From an uncultured Spirochaetota bacterium (GTDB lineage: Bacteria; Spirochaetota; Spirochaetia; SZUA-6; Fen-1364): a stretch of 64,000 nucleotides of DNA. Location: the NCBI GenBank assembly GCA_963734545.1, contig CAVTHO010000003.1:192001-256000 (forward strand), written 5' to 3'. The notes under the pieces were generated by a model. That model worked only from the letters and a program-made list of their open reading frames with translations. It had not been told where the DNA came from and did not search any database. A program made the position numbers and the translations under genes. Of the stretch, positions 9,858 through 20,643 are shown piece by piece (within the stretch, counting starts at the first letter, position 1; each line of letters starts with the position of its first letter).

Positions 9858-11117
9858 ATGCAGGCCGTCAGACTGTGGAATCGTGATTTCACGCTGCTCT
9901 GGCAGGGACAGCTCATCAGCTCCCTGGGGAAGCAGGCTTTTGGACTGACCGCACTCCTCTGGATGAAAGAAGCGACAGGGTCAGGCAGCCTCGTCGGCCT
10001 CGTCATGACGGTTTCGCTTCTGCCGGCAGTGGTCCTGGGGCCCCTGGCCGGGGTGCTCGTCGACATCTGGGACCGGAAACGGATTATCGCCTGGACCGAC
10101 CTGGCCGGAGGCGTTTTCATCCTCCTCGCGGCATTCCTTTTCTTCTCCCTGCCGGGTGCGACCGGGCTCCTGATCGCGGCGGTATTCGCCGTGAGCCTTC
10201 TCACCGGCGCGCTCGATACTTTCTCCCAGCCTTCCATCGGCGCGAGCATCCCCGATATCGTGCCCAAGGAGAAGCTCGAGGCGGCAAACGGCCTCAACAT
10301 GGGGGGGCTGCAGGTGGCAATGTTCCTCTCCCAGGGCTCCTCGGGTTTCCTGTACCGTGTCCTCGGTGCTCCCTTCCTGGTCCTCGTCAACGCGGTCACC
10401 TACCTCTATGCCGGTGCCACCGAGCTGCTCATGCGCATCCCCAAGGTCCCGGCCCGGCCGGACCGGGAGGGCCTTCATCCTTTTCATCGTTTCCGCCTGG
10501 AGTTCGGTGAAGGCTTTCGGTTTCTCCGGGGTCACCGCGGCCTGTGGACCCTCATTCTCGTCTATGCCTTCCTCAACTTTTTCCTGAGCCCCATCATCGT
10601 CCTGCTTCCCTTCTTCGTGGAGGACTACCTGCGGCTCACGGCGGATTGGTACGGCTTTCTCATGGCCGCGTTCGGGATCGGCGGACTTGCCGGGTTTGCT
10701 CTTGCCGGCATGATCCCCACGCGCGGAAAATCGCGGGAGATCGCGGTCTCGGGAAGCCTTATCCTCCAGTCCGCGCTCATGCTCGTTGCGATCATCTGGC
10801 GCGTGCCGGGCGGACAACTCCTCCTCTTCGCGCTCATCGGGGCCCTCAACGGCGTGATGGGCGTGAACATCAACACCCTGGTGCAGGTAGCGACACCCCA
10901 GGAGTTTCGAGGCAGGGTACAGTCGCTCATGACGACCATCATCGCCGGCGTGATGCCGCTCGGCATGGCCCTCGGCGGGCTCCTGTTCGATCTCGCGGGT
11001 CAGAACGTGCCGCTCATATTCGGCGTGAGCGGCGGGCTGACCCTGGCGGTTTCGATTCTGAGCCTCGCGGTTCGGGACTACCGGGAGTTCCTTTCTTCGG
11101 AAGGGGCGCGGGGCTAG
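9858..11117 (+). CDS. MFS transporter (DHA3/MefA-like efflux type)
   Basis: NRDFTLLWQGQLIS, GVLVDIWDRKRII and PQEFRGRV motifs; about 12 TM helices. Confidence 0.92.
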   Translation: MQAVRLWNRDFTLLWQGQLISSLGKQAFGLTALLWMKEATGSGSLVGLVMTVSLLPAVVLGPLAGVLVDIWDRKRIIAWTDLAGGVFILLAAFLFFSLPGATGLLIAAVFAVSLLTGALDTFSQPSIGASIPDIVPKEKLEAANGLNMGGLQVAMFLSQGSSGFLYRVLGAPFLVLVNAVTYLYAGATELLMRIPKVPARPDREGLHPFHRFRLEFGEGFRFLRGHRGLWTLILVYAFLNFFLSPIIVLLPFFVEDYLRLTADWYGFLMAAFGIGGLAGFALAGMIPTRGKSREIAVSGSLILQSALMLVAIIWRVPGGQLLLFALIGALNGVMGVNINTLVQVATPQEFRGRVQSLMTTIIAGVMPLGMALGGLLFDLAGQNVPLIFGVSGGLTLAVSILSLAVRDYREFLSSEGARG

Positions 11118-11129
11118 AACCCGCCTGGC

Positions 11130-12629
11130 TTAGGCGGGCGGTGTGCTCTTCTCGTTGAGATCGACGAAGATCGTCTTGGGGTGCATGTACTTCAATACAC
11201 CCGCGTCCCCGAGCCCGCTCTCCTTCCAGCCCGCGCCCGGGGATTCCATCATTCCCCTGCTGTAGTACGAATTGATGTAGAGCTGGCCGGCATGGATGCG
11301 CGCCGCGACCCGGTGCGCGCGGGCCACGTCCCGGGTGAAGACCGCCCCGGCAAGTCCGTAGCGGACCGAGTTCGCAAGACGGACCGCCTCTTCCTCGGTG
11401 CGGAACTTCGTGACGCAGAGCACGGGCCCGAATATCTCCTCCTGGAAGATCTTCATGTCGGGGGTCACGTCGGCAAAGACGGTGGGCGGCACGAAATTCC
11501 CTTTCGCCAGGGACGGCTCGCGGTAGGGCTCTCCGCCCGTCACCAGCCGGGCCCCTTCTTTCCTGCCCTCCTCGATGTACCGCCACACGGCCGCGCAATG
11601 CTCGCGCGAGATGAGGGACTGGAAGTTGACGCCCTGCTCGAAATCGAACCCGTTGCCGGGGCGCAGGCCGCGGCATCTCTCCACGATCGCTTTCAGGAGC
11701 TCATCATGGATGTCTTCGTGCACGATCAGCCGGGTGCCTGCCACGCAGACCTGCCCCGCGTTCAGCGTGAAGGCGAATGTGGCCCACTGCGCGGCGCTCG
11801 GCACGTCCACATCGGGGAAGACGAGATTGGGGCTCTTGCCGCCCAGCTCCAGCGCCAGCTTCTTCACCGTCGGAGCGGCTGCCGCGAGGATGTGCTTTCC
11901 GGTCGCCGTGCCTCCGGTCATGGAAACCATGTCCACCGCCGGGCTTGCGGTGAGCGCGTCACCCACGACAGACCCGGGCCCGCTGATGATATTGACCACG
12001 CCGGGGGGGAAGCCCGCCTCGTGGAATACCGAGGCGAGCGCGAGCAGGCTCAGAGATGCCCAGGAGGAGGGCTTGATGATCACCGTGTTGCCGGCCGCGA
12101 GTATTGCCGACACCTTCTGGCAGCCCATCATCAACGGACCGTTCCACGGAAGGATTTCGGCCACCACGCCGACGGGCTGCCAGAGCACGTAGTTGAGACA
12201 GCGCGGTCCGTCACCCACGGGTACCACCCGGCCCTCGATGCCGCGCGCCTTGCCGGCCGAATACTCGAAGCCGTCGATGGCATTCGGGACCTCGAAGTAG
12301 CGGACGCTGGGGTATAGCTTTCCGCAATCGAGCGTCTCGAGGTGCGCGAACTCATCTGCCCGCGCCGCAAGCACGTCCCGGGCCTTCAGCAGGAGCCTGC
12401 TGCGCTCCAGGCCGCTCATCGAGCCCCAGGGACCTTCGTCGAAGGCGGCCCGGGCCGCGGCTATTGCCCGCTGGACGTCCTCGATTCCGGCCTGGAAGGC
12501 CCGGGCGAACGGCTCGTTCGTCACGGGGTTGATGATGTCGAAGGTCGTACCGGAACACGACGGGACGAGCTCTCCGCCGATGTACAATTTGTAGGGCTCG
12601 CGGTTCACGTACCGAGCTGGATCCGCCAT
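11130..12629 (-). CDS. NAD(P)-dependent aldehyde dehydrogenase
   Basis: PWNGP, IKPS, MTGGTATG, ELGGKSP, catalytic GQVCVAG and EEIFGPV motifs; start MADPARY follows AAGGAG. Confidence 0.95.
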   Translation of the reverse strand: MADPARYVNREPYKLYIGGELVPSCSGTTFDIINPVTNEPFARAFQAGIEDVQRAIAAARAAFDEGPWGSMSGLERSRLLLKARDVLAARADEFAHLETLDCGKLYPSVRYFEVPNAIDGFEYSAGKARGIEGRVVPVGDGPRCLNYVLWQPVGVVAEILPWNGPLMMGCQKVSAILAAGNTVIIKPSSWASLSLLALASVFHEAGFPPGVVNIISGPGSVVGDALTASPAVDMVSMTGGTATGKHILAAAAPTVKKLALELGGKSPNLVFPDVDVPSAAQWATFAFTLNAGQVCVAGTRLIVHEDIHDELLKAIVERCRGLRPGNGFDFEQGVNFQSLISREHCAAVWRYIEEGRKEGARLVTGGEPYREPSLAKGNFVPPTVFADVTPDMKIFQEEIFGPVLCVTKFRTEEEAVRLANSVRYGLAGAVFTRDVARAHRVAARIHAGQLYINSYYSRGMMESPGAGWKESGLGDAGVLKYMHPKTIFVDLNEKSTPPA

Positions 12630-12891
12630 TCCGATCTCCTTCTCCGCAAACGAGTGCGCTGTCCTGGTGGGCTGTGCCCGAATGGTACCACCATTGCCGC
12701 CCCGCGCGCAATGCGGCGCACGTGCGGCCCGGCACGCGGGGCTGCGTCCACGCGCACGCCCGCACCGACGCGCACGCCGCACCATAACAAATTCCAGAAT
12801 TTCGAACAAAATTCCTGTTTACGGCCCGCTCAAGCGCACGTACGATAAGAGACCGCTATATATGGATCCTGCCACCGGCTCAGGAGGGAAT

Positions 12892-14931
12892 ATGAAACGA
12901 AGAGTCCTGCTTTCCTTGACAGCGGCCGCCGCGTCGCTCGTGATGGTGTCATGTCCCAATCCCACAATCGACAACGCCCCGCCTGCGCGAACTTCGGCCG
13001 ATTTTTCAGGAGGGCAGGAAGGACGGGCAGACTGGGGAGACTGGGGAGACTGGGGAGACCGGGGAGAAAGGCGGGGACCCATGCCTTCAGACTTGAGCAT
13101 CACGGTCAACAAGATCAGGGGATTGAGCCCGCGCTTCATGAAAGGCGTGGACATCTCCATGCTGGCGCAGATCGAGGCCTCCGGGGGGCTGTTCTACCAG
13201 GAGGACGGCACAGCGCGGGACGCGCTTGAAATACTCCGGGACCACGGCGTGAACTGGGTCAGGCTCCGGATCTGGAACAATCCCGTCTTCCCACCGGGAA
13301 CAACGTTGTACCATGGAACTTCTGTCGTCCCCGGGCCTGCCGGGGGCGGGAACAATGACGAAAGCGTTGTCCGTGGATTGGCCAGGCGGGCAAAGGCGCT
13401 TGGCATGAGGGTCTACCTCGACTTTCACTACAGCGACTTCTGGGCCGACCCCGGCAAGCAGGATACCCCTGCCGCCTGGAGAAGCCTGACCGCTGCGCAG
13501 CTCGAGCAGGCGGTCTATGACTATACGAAGCAGGTCCTCAGGGATATGAGATCCGATGGGGCTGCTCCGGACCTGGTGGAGATCGGCAATGAGATCAATA
13601 ACGGCATGCTCTGGCCGATCGGCCAGAGATCGGGGGCGAAAACCGATCCCGCGGGGTACGTGGAGCTCAACAGGCTTCTGAATGCGGGCGCGAAGGCCGT
13701 GCGCGATACTTCCCGGTTCACGAAGATCATGATCCACATTGCGAACGACAGCGGTCTGAGCGGGGCCCAGTCGTTTTTCGACAACGTCGATCCCGTGGTC
13801 GATTATGACTGCATCGGTCTCTCCTACTATCCCTATTGGCATGGATCGCTGGCTGACCTGCAGACGATCATGAATACCCTTACTGCCAGGTATCACAAGC
13901 CGGTTATTATCGCGGAGACAGCGTATGCGTTCACCAGCGCGAACGGAGACGCGCAGGGCAATTCCTGGTCGGGTACGGACCCGATTTCAGGAGGCTTCGA
14001 GGTGAGCGTGCAGGGACAGGCCACCGCGATGAGAAACATCATGGAGGCAGTGTCAAAGGTTCCCCGAGACCGCGGCCTGGGCGTCTTTTACTGGGAACCG
14101 GATTGGATCCCCGTACCCGGGGCCGGCTGGATAACCGGTCAGGGAGACGGATGGGAAAACCAGGCCTGGTGGGACTTCAGCGGCAAGCCGCTTGAGTCCA
14201 TGTGGACCTACCGCCTCGTCTCGGAATCCCCGGGCAGGAAGGTCCCGACGACTATCACTTCAATAACGCCCACAGCCGTGCAGACCACTGTCGGCGTCGC
14301 ACCGACGCTTCCTGCCACGGTCGTGGCCTTCTTCAGCGACGCGTCTTATCGGCCTGTCTCGGTGACATGGAACGCCGTCGATCCGTCGCAGTACGCCTCT
14401 GTCGGCAGCTTTACGGTCGGCGGCACGGTGGCGGGAACCAGCCTCACGGCCACCGCAAACGTTTCAGTGGTCGAGATCAATTACGCGGTCAATGGCGGAT
14501 TCGAGACCGGATCAATGAGTCCGTGGACGACATCCGCGATGTCAGGAGGATCTCCGGTCAGCGTGTTCGGAGTGGAGAACAGCTCGCCTTCCGGGAACAC
14601 CCGGACCGGCTCCTACGTCGGGTCCTACTGGTACGGCTCTGCGTACACCTTCGACGTTCACCAGATCGTGACCGGATTGACCGCGGGGACGTATACCCTG
14701 CGCGCATGGGTGATGGGCGCGGGCGCACCGACCTCGCTGGACATCTATGCGGACAACGGAACCACCAAGGCCGTGTCGGCGGTCACCAACACGGGTTGGC
14801 GGGACTGGCACCAGTACACCATCTCCGGTATTGCGGTGGACGCTTCCGGCCAGCTTGTCATCGGGTTTGAAGGCAACATGTCGGGAGCGGATTGGGGAAA
14901 ACTGGACGACGTAGTCCTCACCCGGCAATAG
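12892..14931 (+). CDS. GH53 endo-beta-1,4-galactanase lipoprotein with Ig-like (Big_4) and C-terminal CBM-like domains
   Basis: Lipobox VMVS-C; KGVDIS, NWVRLRIWNNP, DFHYSDFWADPGKQ, IGNEIN, IAETAY, GVFYWEP and WENQA motifs; C-terminal NGGFETG..W module. Confidence 0.93.
   Translation: MKRRVLLSLTAAAASLVMVSCPNPTIDNAPPARTSADFSGGQEGRADWGDWGDWGDRGERRGPMPSDLSITVNKIRGLSPRFMKGVDISMLAQIEASGGLFYQEDGTARDALEILRDHGVNWVRLRIWNNPVFPPGTTLYHGTSVVPGPAGGGNNDESVVRGLARRAKALGMRVYLDFHYSDFWADPGKQDTPAAWRSLTAAQLEQAVYDYTKQVLRDMRSDGAAPDLVEIGNEINNGMLWPIGQRSGAKTDPAGYVELNRLLNAGAKAVRDTSRFTKIMIHIANDSGLSGAQSFFDNVDPVVDYDCIGLSYYPYWHGSLADLQTIMNTLTARYHKPVIIAETAYAFTSANGDAQGNSWSGTDPISGGFEVSVQGQATAMRNIMEAVSKVPRDRGLGVFYWEPDWIPVPGAGWITGQGDGWENQAWWDFSGKPLESMWTYRLVSESPGRKVPTTITSITPTAVQTTVGVAPTLPATVVAFFSDASYRPVSVTWNAVDPSQYASVGSFTVGGTVAGTSLTATANVSVVEINYAVNGGFETGSMSPWTTSAMSGGSPVSVFGVENSSPSGNTRTGSYVGSYWYGSAYTFDVHQIVTGLTAGTYTLRAWVMGAGAPTSLDIYADNGTTKAVSAVTNTGWRDWHQYTISGIAVDASGQLVIGFEGNMSGADWGKLDDVVLTRQ
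13030..13065 (+). repeat. 9-bp tandem repeat (GACTGGGGA)x3 + GACCGGGGA encoding DWG-DWG-DWG-DRG
   Basis: Read directly in the linker of the GH53 gene. Confidence 0.9.
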
Positions 14932-14958
14932 CCGGCGCGGGGAGGCGATCGGGGCCGC

Positions 14959-16261
14959 TCAGCTCTCCTCTATGATCAGCGGCCTTTTAGGGATGGTCAT
15001 GCCCGCGCCCTCCCTGACCTCGATGGATCGAAGAGGCGGTCTCTCCGAGCAGATCGCGTCCCGCGAGGGGAAAGGGGAGGGTGCATGCGCCGAACCGGTC
15101 CTCGAGGTTGACGATCGCCGTGCAGCGCGTATTCTCCGACGGGCGGCGCCAGCGGAGCGCGAGCACGCCGGCGCTGAGCTCGACCAGCTCGAAAGCGCTC
15201 TGACCCGACTTGACGCGCGTGCAGATCGGCAGGAGCCTGCGGAAAAAGGAAAGGAACTCGTCAGAGCCCTGCTCCCAGGGAACGGGGTCCTTCGCAAAGA
15301 GGTCGGGACGCCCGGCCATCGCGCGTTCCTGCCCCATGTAGACGAAGATCAGTCCCGGCAGAAGCTGGGAAAAGACGGTCCAGTTCATCAACCGGTCGGT
15401 CCCGTTGAGGACCGATGCCGCGCGCGGCTGGTCGTGGTTCTCCAGGAACCTTGCCTTCACCGCGTGCGACGGGTAGAGGGTCTCCTGTACCCGCAGGTGC
15501 CGCAGGTAGGCGTCCAGCCCGGTCGTGCCGCTGAAGTACTCTTTCAGATACCCGAAGCCGTCGTAATCATAGGTGAGGTCGAATGCCTCGTGCAGCTCGG
15601 GGTCGGAGGCGGCATCCCATCCCGCGCCGCGCAGGTATTTCACGAAAACGGGTTCCACGCTCTCCGCCAGCCAGAGGAGGGGGCGTTTTGAATTGAGCCG
15701 CGCCCGGGCTTCGATCCAGAAGTCGAGGGGCACGAGGCTCGCCACATCGCATCGGAAGCCGTCAAATCCGGTCTCTGCCCAGAACGTGAGCGTTTCGAGG
15801 AGGTACTCGCGCAGTCCGCGATGCGCAAAGTCGAAGTCGTACACGTCCGACCAGTCCGCCACCTTTCGGGTCGGCCTGCCCTTCGCGTCCTGCAGGTACC
15901 ATTCGGGGTGCGTGCCGAGGAGAACGGCATCGCAGGCACTGTGGTTGAATACAACGTCCATCAGCACCCTGAGCCCCTTACCGTGCGCTTCGGCGAGGAA
16001 ATGCCGGAGGTCGTCGATTCCGCCGAGCGCCGGGTCCACCGCCCGATGGTCCGCGATGGAGTACGGGCTTCCCAGCGGCCCTTTGCGATTGGCCACGCCG
16101 ACCGGATGGATGGGGGTCAGGCAGACGATGTCAAAGCCGAGATCGCGGATCTCCTTCAGTCGGGGAATTGCGGCCCGTATGGTTCCTTCCGGCGTGTAGT
16201 TCCTGAGATAGACCTGGTAGAGAGCTGCAGATCGAATCCAGGACGGCGTGTCTCGTGCCAT
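14959..16261 (-). CDS. GH13 alpha-amylase family glycoside hydrolase; probable +1 frameshift near C-terminus (~15040)
   Basis: GSPYSI, MDVVFNH, DGFRCDVA, LAES and FLENHDQPR motifs. The +1 frame gives a plausible terminus IEVREGAGMTIPKRPLIIEES*; the uncorrected stop is at 14987. Confidence 0.9.
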
Positions 16262-16486
16262 GCGTGCGTCTCCTGGTCGATTATAACACGTCATGCGTGA
16301 TGGCGCCGGATCCGCCTTGCAGGACGCGCATTTAGTATAACTCATTGATACTAGCAGAGCGCATTTTCCTTCCTGGTGACGCGGCTGTCTGCGTATTCAG
16401 TTTTCTTGCAGTTGCCTTCCCACGGTCCTATACTAGTTTTAGCTACTGATCGGGATGGCTCGGGTACTGTTCAGAAGGGGGATCTG

Positions 16487-18778
16487 TTGAAGAACCTGAA
16501 AATGGCGGCGAAAATCGGGGTCGGTTTCGGCCTGGTCATTGCGATCATGCTCGCCCTCGGCGTTCTCGTTTATATGAACATGGCAGGAGTCCAGGGCGAT
16601 GTCCGCAGGCTGGACCGGGAAACCGTTCCCCAGGTGGCTGTCGCCAACTCAATGGCGCGCGCGGCCGAGCTGACCAGCTCGAGCATGCAGGCTTATTCTC
16701 TCACGCTGGACGAGACCTATTTCAACCGCGCGCTCCAGTTTCTCGGTGACATGGGCAAATCCATTGTCGACGCGCAGGCGCTCTCGACAAAGTACGCGCG
16801 GCTGAACGTGCTGCGGAACAATGCGGCCGGCGCGAATGACAAGCTCAAGGAGCTCAACACCATCCTGGGCGAGGTCGAGCTCGCGGCAAAGGCGATACTG
16901 GCCGCGCGCGGGTCCCAGGAGGTGGCTGTCACTACCCTGCAGAAGATGACCCTCTCCTTTCTCGAATCGCAGAACCGCAAGCTGGCCGATGCGGTCAACA
17001 GGCGGGCAGGCAGCGCGGAGATCAATCGCAGGATCGCCGCCGTGAACACGATGGACGAGATCGATGCCATGGTGGACGACCTGGCGAAAGCAGTCTACAA
17101 GTCAGCGGCGGTCAATGACCCGGCGATCCTGCAGGCGGGGATCGACGGATTCTCCGGGTTCGACAAGGCGGTAGCCAGGCTCAACCAGGTGGGAGACTCC
17201 GAGGACAAGGAGGCTCTCCAGGCGCTCCCGTTCTCCGGCCAGGATCTTTCCGCGGCCTGCACCGATCTGCTCGAGAGAATGAAAAAAATGGCGGAGCTCG
17301 TCGCGTCGGCGCAAGCGGCGTCCCAGGCGGTGCTGGACGCCGCAACGCAGACGTCGGAGGAAGGGGTAAAGGATGCGGGGGCAATCGCCGGTCTCACCGC
17401 TTCCCGGCTGGTGACTTCCAATATCTTCCTGTTCATCGGCCTCGCCGCAGCGGTGCTCCTTGCCATCGCCATCGCCATGAGCATCACCCGCGCAATCACG
17501 GGTCCGCTTTCCAAGAGCGTCGCATTTGCGCAGACCGTGGCAAGCGGCAATTTCACCGTGAAGCTGGACATTTCCCAGCGGGACGAGATAGGAACACTGG
17601 CAAAGGCCCTGGAGGGCATGAGTCTCAAGCTGAAGACCGCCATTGCCACCGTGCAGAAGAATGCCGCCGCGGTGGCGGAATCGAGCGACCAGATTTTCAC
17701 CAACGCGCAGAAGCTGTCCGAAGGAGCGCAGAGCCAGGCGTCCACGCTGGAAGAAACGAGCGCTTCGGTCGAAGAGCTCGCCGCATCGGTGGACCAGGTG
17801 GCGGACCATGCGCGGGGCCAGGCGGAGGCGGTGGAACGCGGCTCCTCCGCGATGGCGCAGGTGCACGAGTCGATAGACGTCGTCACGAAGAACCTTTCCG
17901 AGATCTCGACGCTCGCCAGCCACTCGGTGGAAAACGCTCAGGAAGGGGCGCGCGCGGTCTCCGACGTGGTGGACGGGATCAATCTCATTGCCGGCAGCTC
18001 GGAGAAGATCAGCGGGATCGTGGACGTGATCAGCGACATCGCGGATCAGACCAACCTGCTTGCCCTGAATGCCTCCATCGAGGCGGCGCGCGCCGGTGAG
18101 CATGGGCGCGGGTTCGCCGTGGTGGCGGAGGAGGTCAGCAAGCTGGCGGATCGCAGCTCCTCGTCGACCAAGGAGATCTCGAGCCTCATCCGGGAAAGCG
18201 TGAAGGACGTGGCGAAGGGGGTGGAAAAGGCCAAGGGCTCGCAGCTCGCCATGGAGCAGATCCGGGCCGCGTCGCAGCAGGTCCAGGAAATGATCATGGG
18301 CCTCTCGAAATCCATGTCGCTGCAGGTGAGCGCGGCAAAGGAGATGGCAGGCTCCCTGACCAGCGTGAAGGAGATGAGCCAGAGCATCACGGCGGCCACG
18401 GATGAACAGACCACCAATGCGCGGCAGGTCTCCCGCGCGGTGGAAAACGTGAATGAGCTGACCCAGAGCGCCGCATCAGCCGCGGAAGAAATGTCGCGGG
18501 CAACGGAAATGCTGGCCAGTATGTCGCAGGAGCTTCAGAAGCTTACCGAGCAGTTCAAGATCGAGGACAGCGGCGCCGAACCGGAGGGGATCTCTATTCC
18601 AGCAGAAGATGTTCAGAAACCGGCCCTGCCCCCGCCGAGCGCGCAGCCGCAGCCAAATCCACCGAGTACGGTGGCGCTCTCGCCGGGCGGCGCCTATTTC
18701 GCTGCCAGGTACCCTTCCGCCTTCAGGAGCTCCGCGATCAGCACGGCCCCGCCGGCCGCGCCCCTGATCGTGTTGTGA
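16487..18778 (+). CDS. Methyl-accepting chemotaxis protein (periplasmic helical sensor, HAMP, signalling domain)
   Basis: Two TM helices, [14 protein letters not shown], and [33 protein letters not shown]; TTG start after AAGGGGG. Confidence 0.95.
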   Translation: MKNLKMAAKIGVGFGLVIAIMLALGVLVYMNMAGVQGDVRRLDRETVPQVAVANSMARAAELTSSSMQAYSLTLDETYFNRALQFLGDMGKSIVDAQALSTKYARLNVLRNNAAGANDKLKELNTILGEVELAAKAILAARGSQEVAVTTLQKMTLSFLESQNRKLADAVNRRAGSAEINRRIAAVNTMDEIDAMVDDLAKAVYKSAAVNDPAILQAGIDGFSGFDKAVARLNQVGDSEDKEALQALPFSGQDLSAACTDLLERMKKMAELVASAQAASQAVLDAATQTSEEGVKDAGAIAGLTASRLVTSNIFLFIGLAAAVLLAIAIAMSITRAITGPLSKSVAFAQTVASGNFTVKLDISQRDEIGTLAKALEGMSLKLKTAIATVQKNAAAVAESSDQIFTNAQKLSEGAQSQASTLEETSASVEELAASVDQVADHARGQAEAVERGSSAMAQVHESIDVVTKNLSEISTLASHSVENAQEGARAVSDVVDGINLIAGSSEKISGIVDVISDIADQTNLLALNASIEAARAGEHGRGFAVVAEEVSKLADRSSSSTKEISSLIRESVKDVAKGVEKAKGSQLAMEQIRAASQQVQEMIMGLSKSMSLQVSAAKEMAGSLTSVKEMSQSITAATDEQTTNARQVSRAVENVNELTQSAASAAEEMSRATEMLASMSQELQKLTEQFKIEDSGAEPEGISIPAEDVQKPALPPPSAQPQPNPPSTVALSPGGAYFAARYPSAFRSSAISTAPPAAPLIVL

Positions 18779-19803
18779 GAAAGACACACGAACCGATAGT
18801 CCAGCAGCCGGTCATCGCGAAGCCTTCCAATGGTGATGCCCATGCCCGCGGCGCGCGGGTTGTCCGCGCAGCCACCGGCGTCCCGGTCCAGCCGTGTCTG
18901 CGGCCGGTTCTCTTCGGCGAAATACTGCAGGAAGGGCCGGGGCGCGCTGGGCAGGCCGAGCTTCTGCGGTTTGCCTTCGAATGTCTTCCACAGCTCCAGG
19001 ATCCTCTCCCGGGAAGGCTTCCGCTCGAAAGAGACGAACACCGCGGCCAGATGACCGTTCGTGACCGGCACCCGGATGCACTGGCTGGTGATGACGGGTG
19101 AGCTGGTGTTCATGATTCCGTCGATCTCGACGGATCCCCAGACCTTCATCGGCTCGATCTCGCTCTTCTCTTCCTCCCCGCCGATGAACGGCATCACGTT
19201 GTCCACCATCTCCGGCCAGTCCTTGAAGGTCTTCCCCGCGCCTGAGATCGCCTGGTAGGTGCAGACGAACACCTTTTCGATGCCGAACTCCCGAAGCGGA
19301 TGGAGGGCGGGGACGTAGCTCTGTATCGAGCAGTTGGGCTTGACCGTGATGAAGCCGCGTTTCACGCCGAGGCGTCTGCGCTGGGCTTCGATGACGTCGA
19401 GGTGATGCGGGTTCACCTCGGGAAGGAGCATGGGCACGTCCGGTGTCATGCGGTGCGCCGAATTGGTGGACACGACAGGCGTCTCCGCCTTCGCGTAGGC
19501 GACCTCGAGGGCCCGGGTCTCCTCTTTGGGCATGTCGACGGCGCAGAAGATCAGGTCGACGCTTTCGGCAACCTCGCCGATCTTCGATGCGTCTTTCACC
19601 ACCAGCCCGCCGATGGCGGAGGGGACCGGGCTCGTCATGGCCCACCGTCCGCCGACCGCCTCGGCATAGGGCTTGCCTGCGGAGCGCGCGCTCGCCGCCA
19701 CGCTTACGACCTGGAACCAGGGGTGGTCTGCAAGGAGCGAGACGAAACGCTGCCCGACCATACCGGTGGCCCCGACGATACCTGCTCTCAATTTGTCCGC
19801 CAT
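18694..19803 (-). CDS. asd: Aspartate-semialdehyde dehydrogenase
   Basis: [37 protein letters not shown] and [11 protein letters not shown] motifs. Confidence 0.96.
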   Translation of the reverse strand: MADKLRAGIVGATGMVGQRFVSLLADHPWFQVVSVAASARSAGKPYAEAVGGRWAMTSPVPSAIGGLVVKDASKIGEVAESVDLIFCAVDMPKEETRALEVAYAKAETPVVSTNSAHRMTPDVPMLLPEVNPHHLDVIEAQRRRLGVKRGFITVKPNCSIQSYVPALHPLREFGIEKVFVCTYQAISGAGKTFKDWPEMVDNVMPFIGGEEEKSEIEPMKVWGSVEIDGIMNTSSPVITSQCIRVPVTNGHLAAVFVSFERKPSRERILELWKTFEGKPQKLGLPSAPRPFLQYFAEENRPQTRLDRDAGGCADNPRAAGMGITIGRLRDDRLLDYRFVCLSHNTIRGAAGGAVLIAELLKAEGYLAAK

Positions 19804-19872
19804 ACGTGACATTCCTTATATCGGGAGATCGTCATTCGATCAAGGGAGGGGTGGACAGATGACAATAATTGT

Positions 19873-20559
19873 CTATTCCACCTTGTAGGTTCCGCCCGGT
19901 TTGACCGCCACGGCATTGTATCCTTTTGCCTTGGCCTTGCGGACAAACTCCGCCGGATCCGCCTTGATGAGATCAAACGTTTCGTAGTGCATCGGGATGT
20001 AGACCTTCGCTTTCAGGAAGCCGGCCGCCCGCACCGCGTCGTCGATTCCCATGGTGAAATTGTCCCCTATGGGAAGCAGGGCAACGTCGAGGGGCCCCCA
20101 GGCGTCACCAATAAGCTGCATGTCGAGAAACAGACCGGTGTCACCCGCGTGGTAGACCTTCTTTTCCCCCATGGTCAGTATGAATCCCACGGGGTTCCCA
20201 AGCGCTTCCCCGTTCGGTCCCGTGGAGCCGTGATGCGCGATGGTGAGCTTCACGTGGCCGAATGGAAACTGCCGCCCGCCGCCGATGTGCATGGGATGCC
20301 CCTTGGCCCCCTTGGCTTCGAGGTATCCGACGATCTCATAGTTGGAGATCACCAGCGCACCCGTCTTCCTGGCGATCTCCGCCGCATCACCAAGGTGATC
20401 GCCGTGACCATGCGTCACGAGGATCGCGTCAAGCTTCGTGAACGAATCGGGTTTCACCGCGGCCAGAGGATTTCCCTGGAGGAACGGGTCAATGAGCACC
20501 CGGTGCGTTCCGTCGTCGATCTCCCAGCAGTCATGGCCGTGATAGCGAAGATTCAGCAT
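19873..20559 (-). CDS. Metallo-beta-lactamase-fold metal-dependent hydrolase (UPF0173-like)
   Basis: IDPF, THGHGDH, YHAGDTGLF, LPIGDNFTMG and PMHY motifs. Confidence 0.93.
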   Translation of the reverse strand: MLNLRYHGHDCWEIDDGTHRVLIDPFLQGNPLAAVKPDSFTKLDAILVTHGHGDHLGDAAEIARKTGALVISNYEIVGYLEAKGAKGHPMHIGGGRQFPFGHVKLTIAHHGSTGPNGEALGNPVGFILTMGEKKVYHAGDTGLFLDMQLIGDAWGPLDVALLPIGDNFTMGIDDAVRAAGFLKAKVYIPMHYETFDLIKADPAEFVRKAKAKGYNAVAVKPGGTYKVE

Positions 20560-20643
20560 TGGCCGTTCCTCCTTTCTTGAAAGGTACTCACTGATCCATC
20601 TTGCGGCACGGGAATTCAACGACGCCCGCGTGATCCTCTTCTT

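Noticed and set aside
18694-18778. 85-nt convergent overlap of the MCP and asd 3' ends
   Set aside because: The MCP tail is low-complexity and simply reads into the antisense of asd; it may reflect stop-codon drift or another indel, with no evidence of function.
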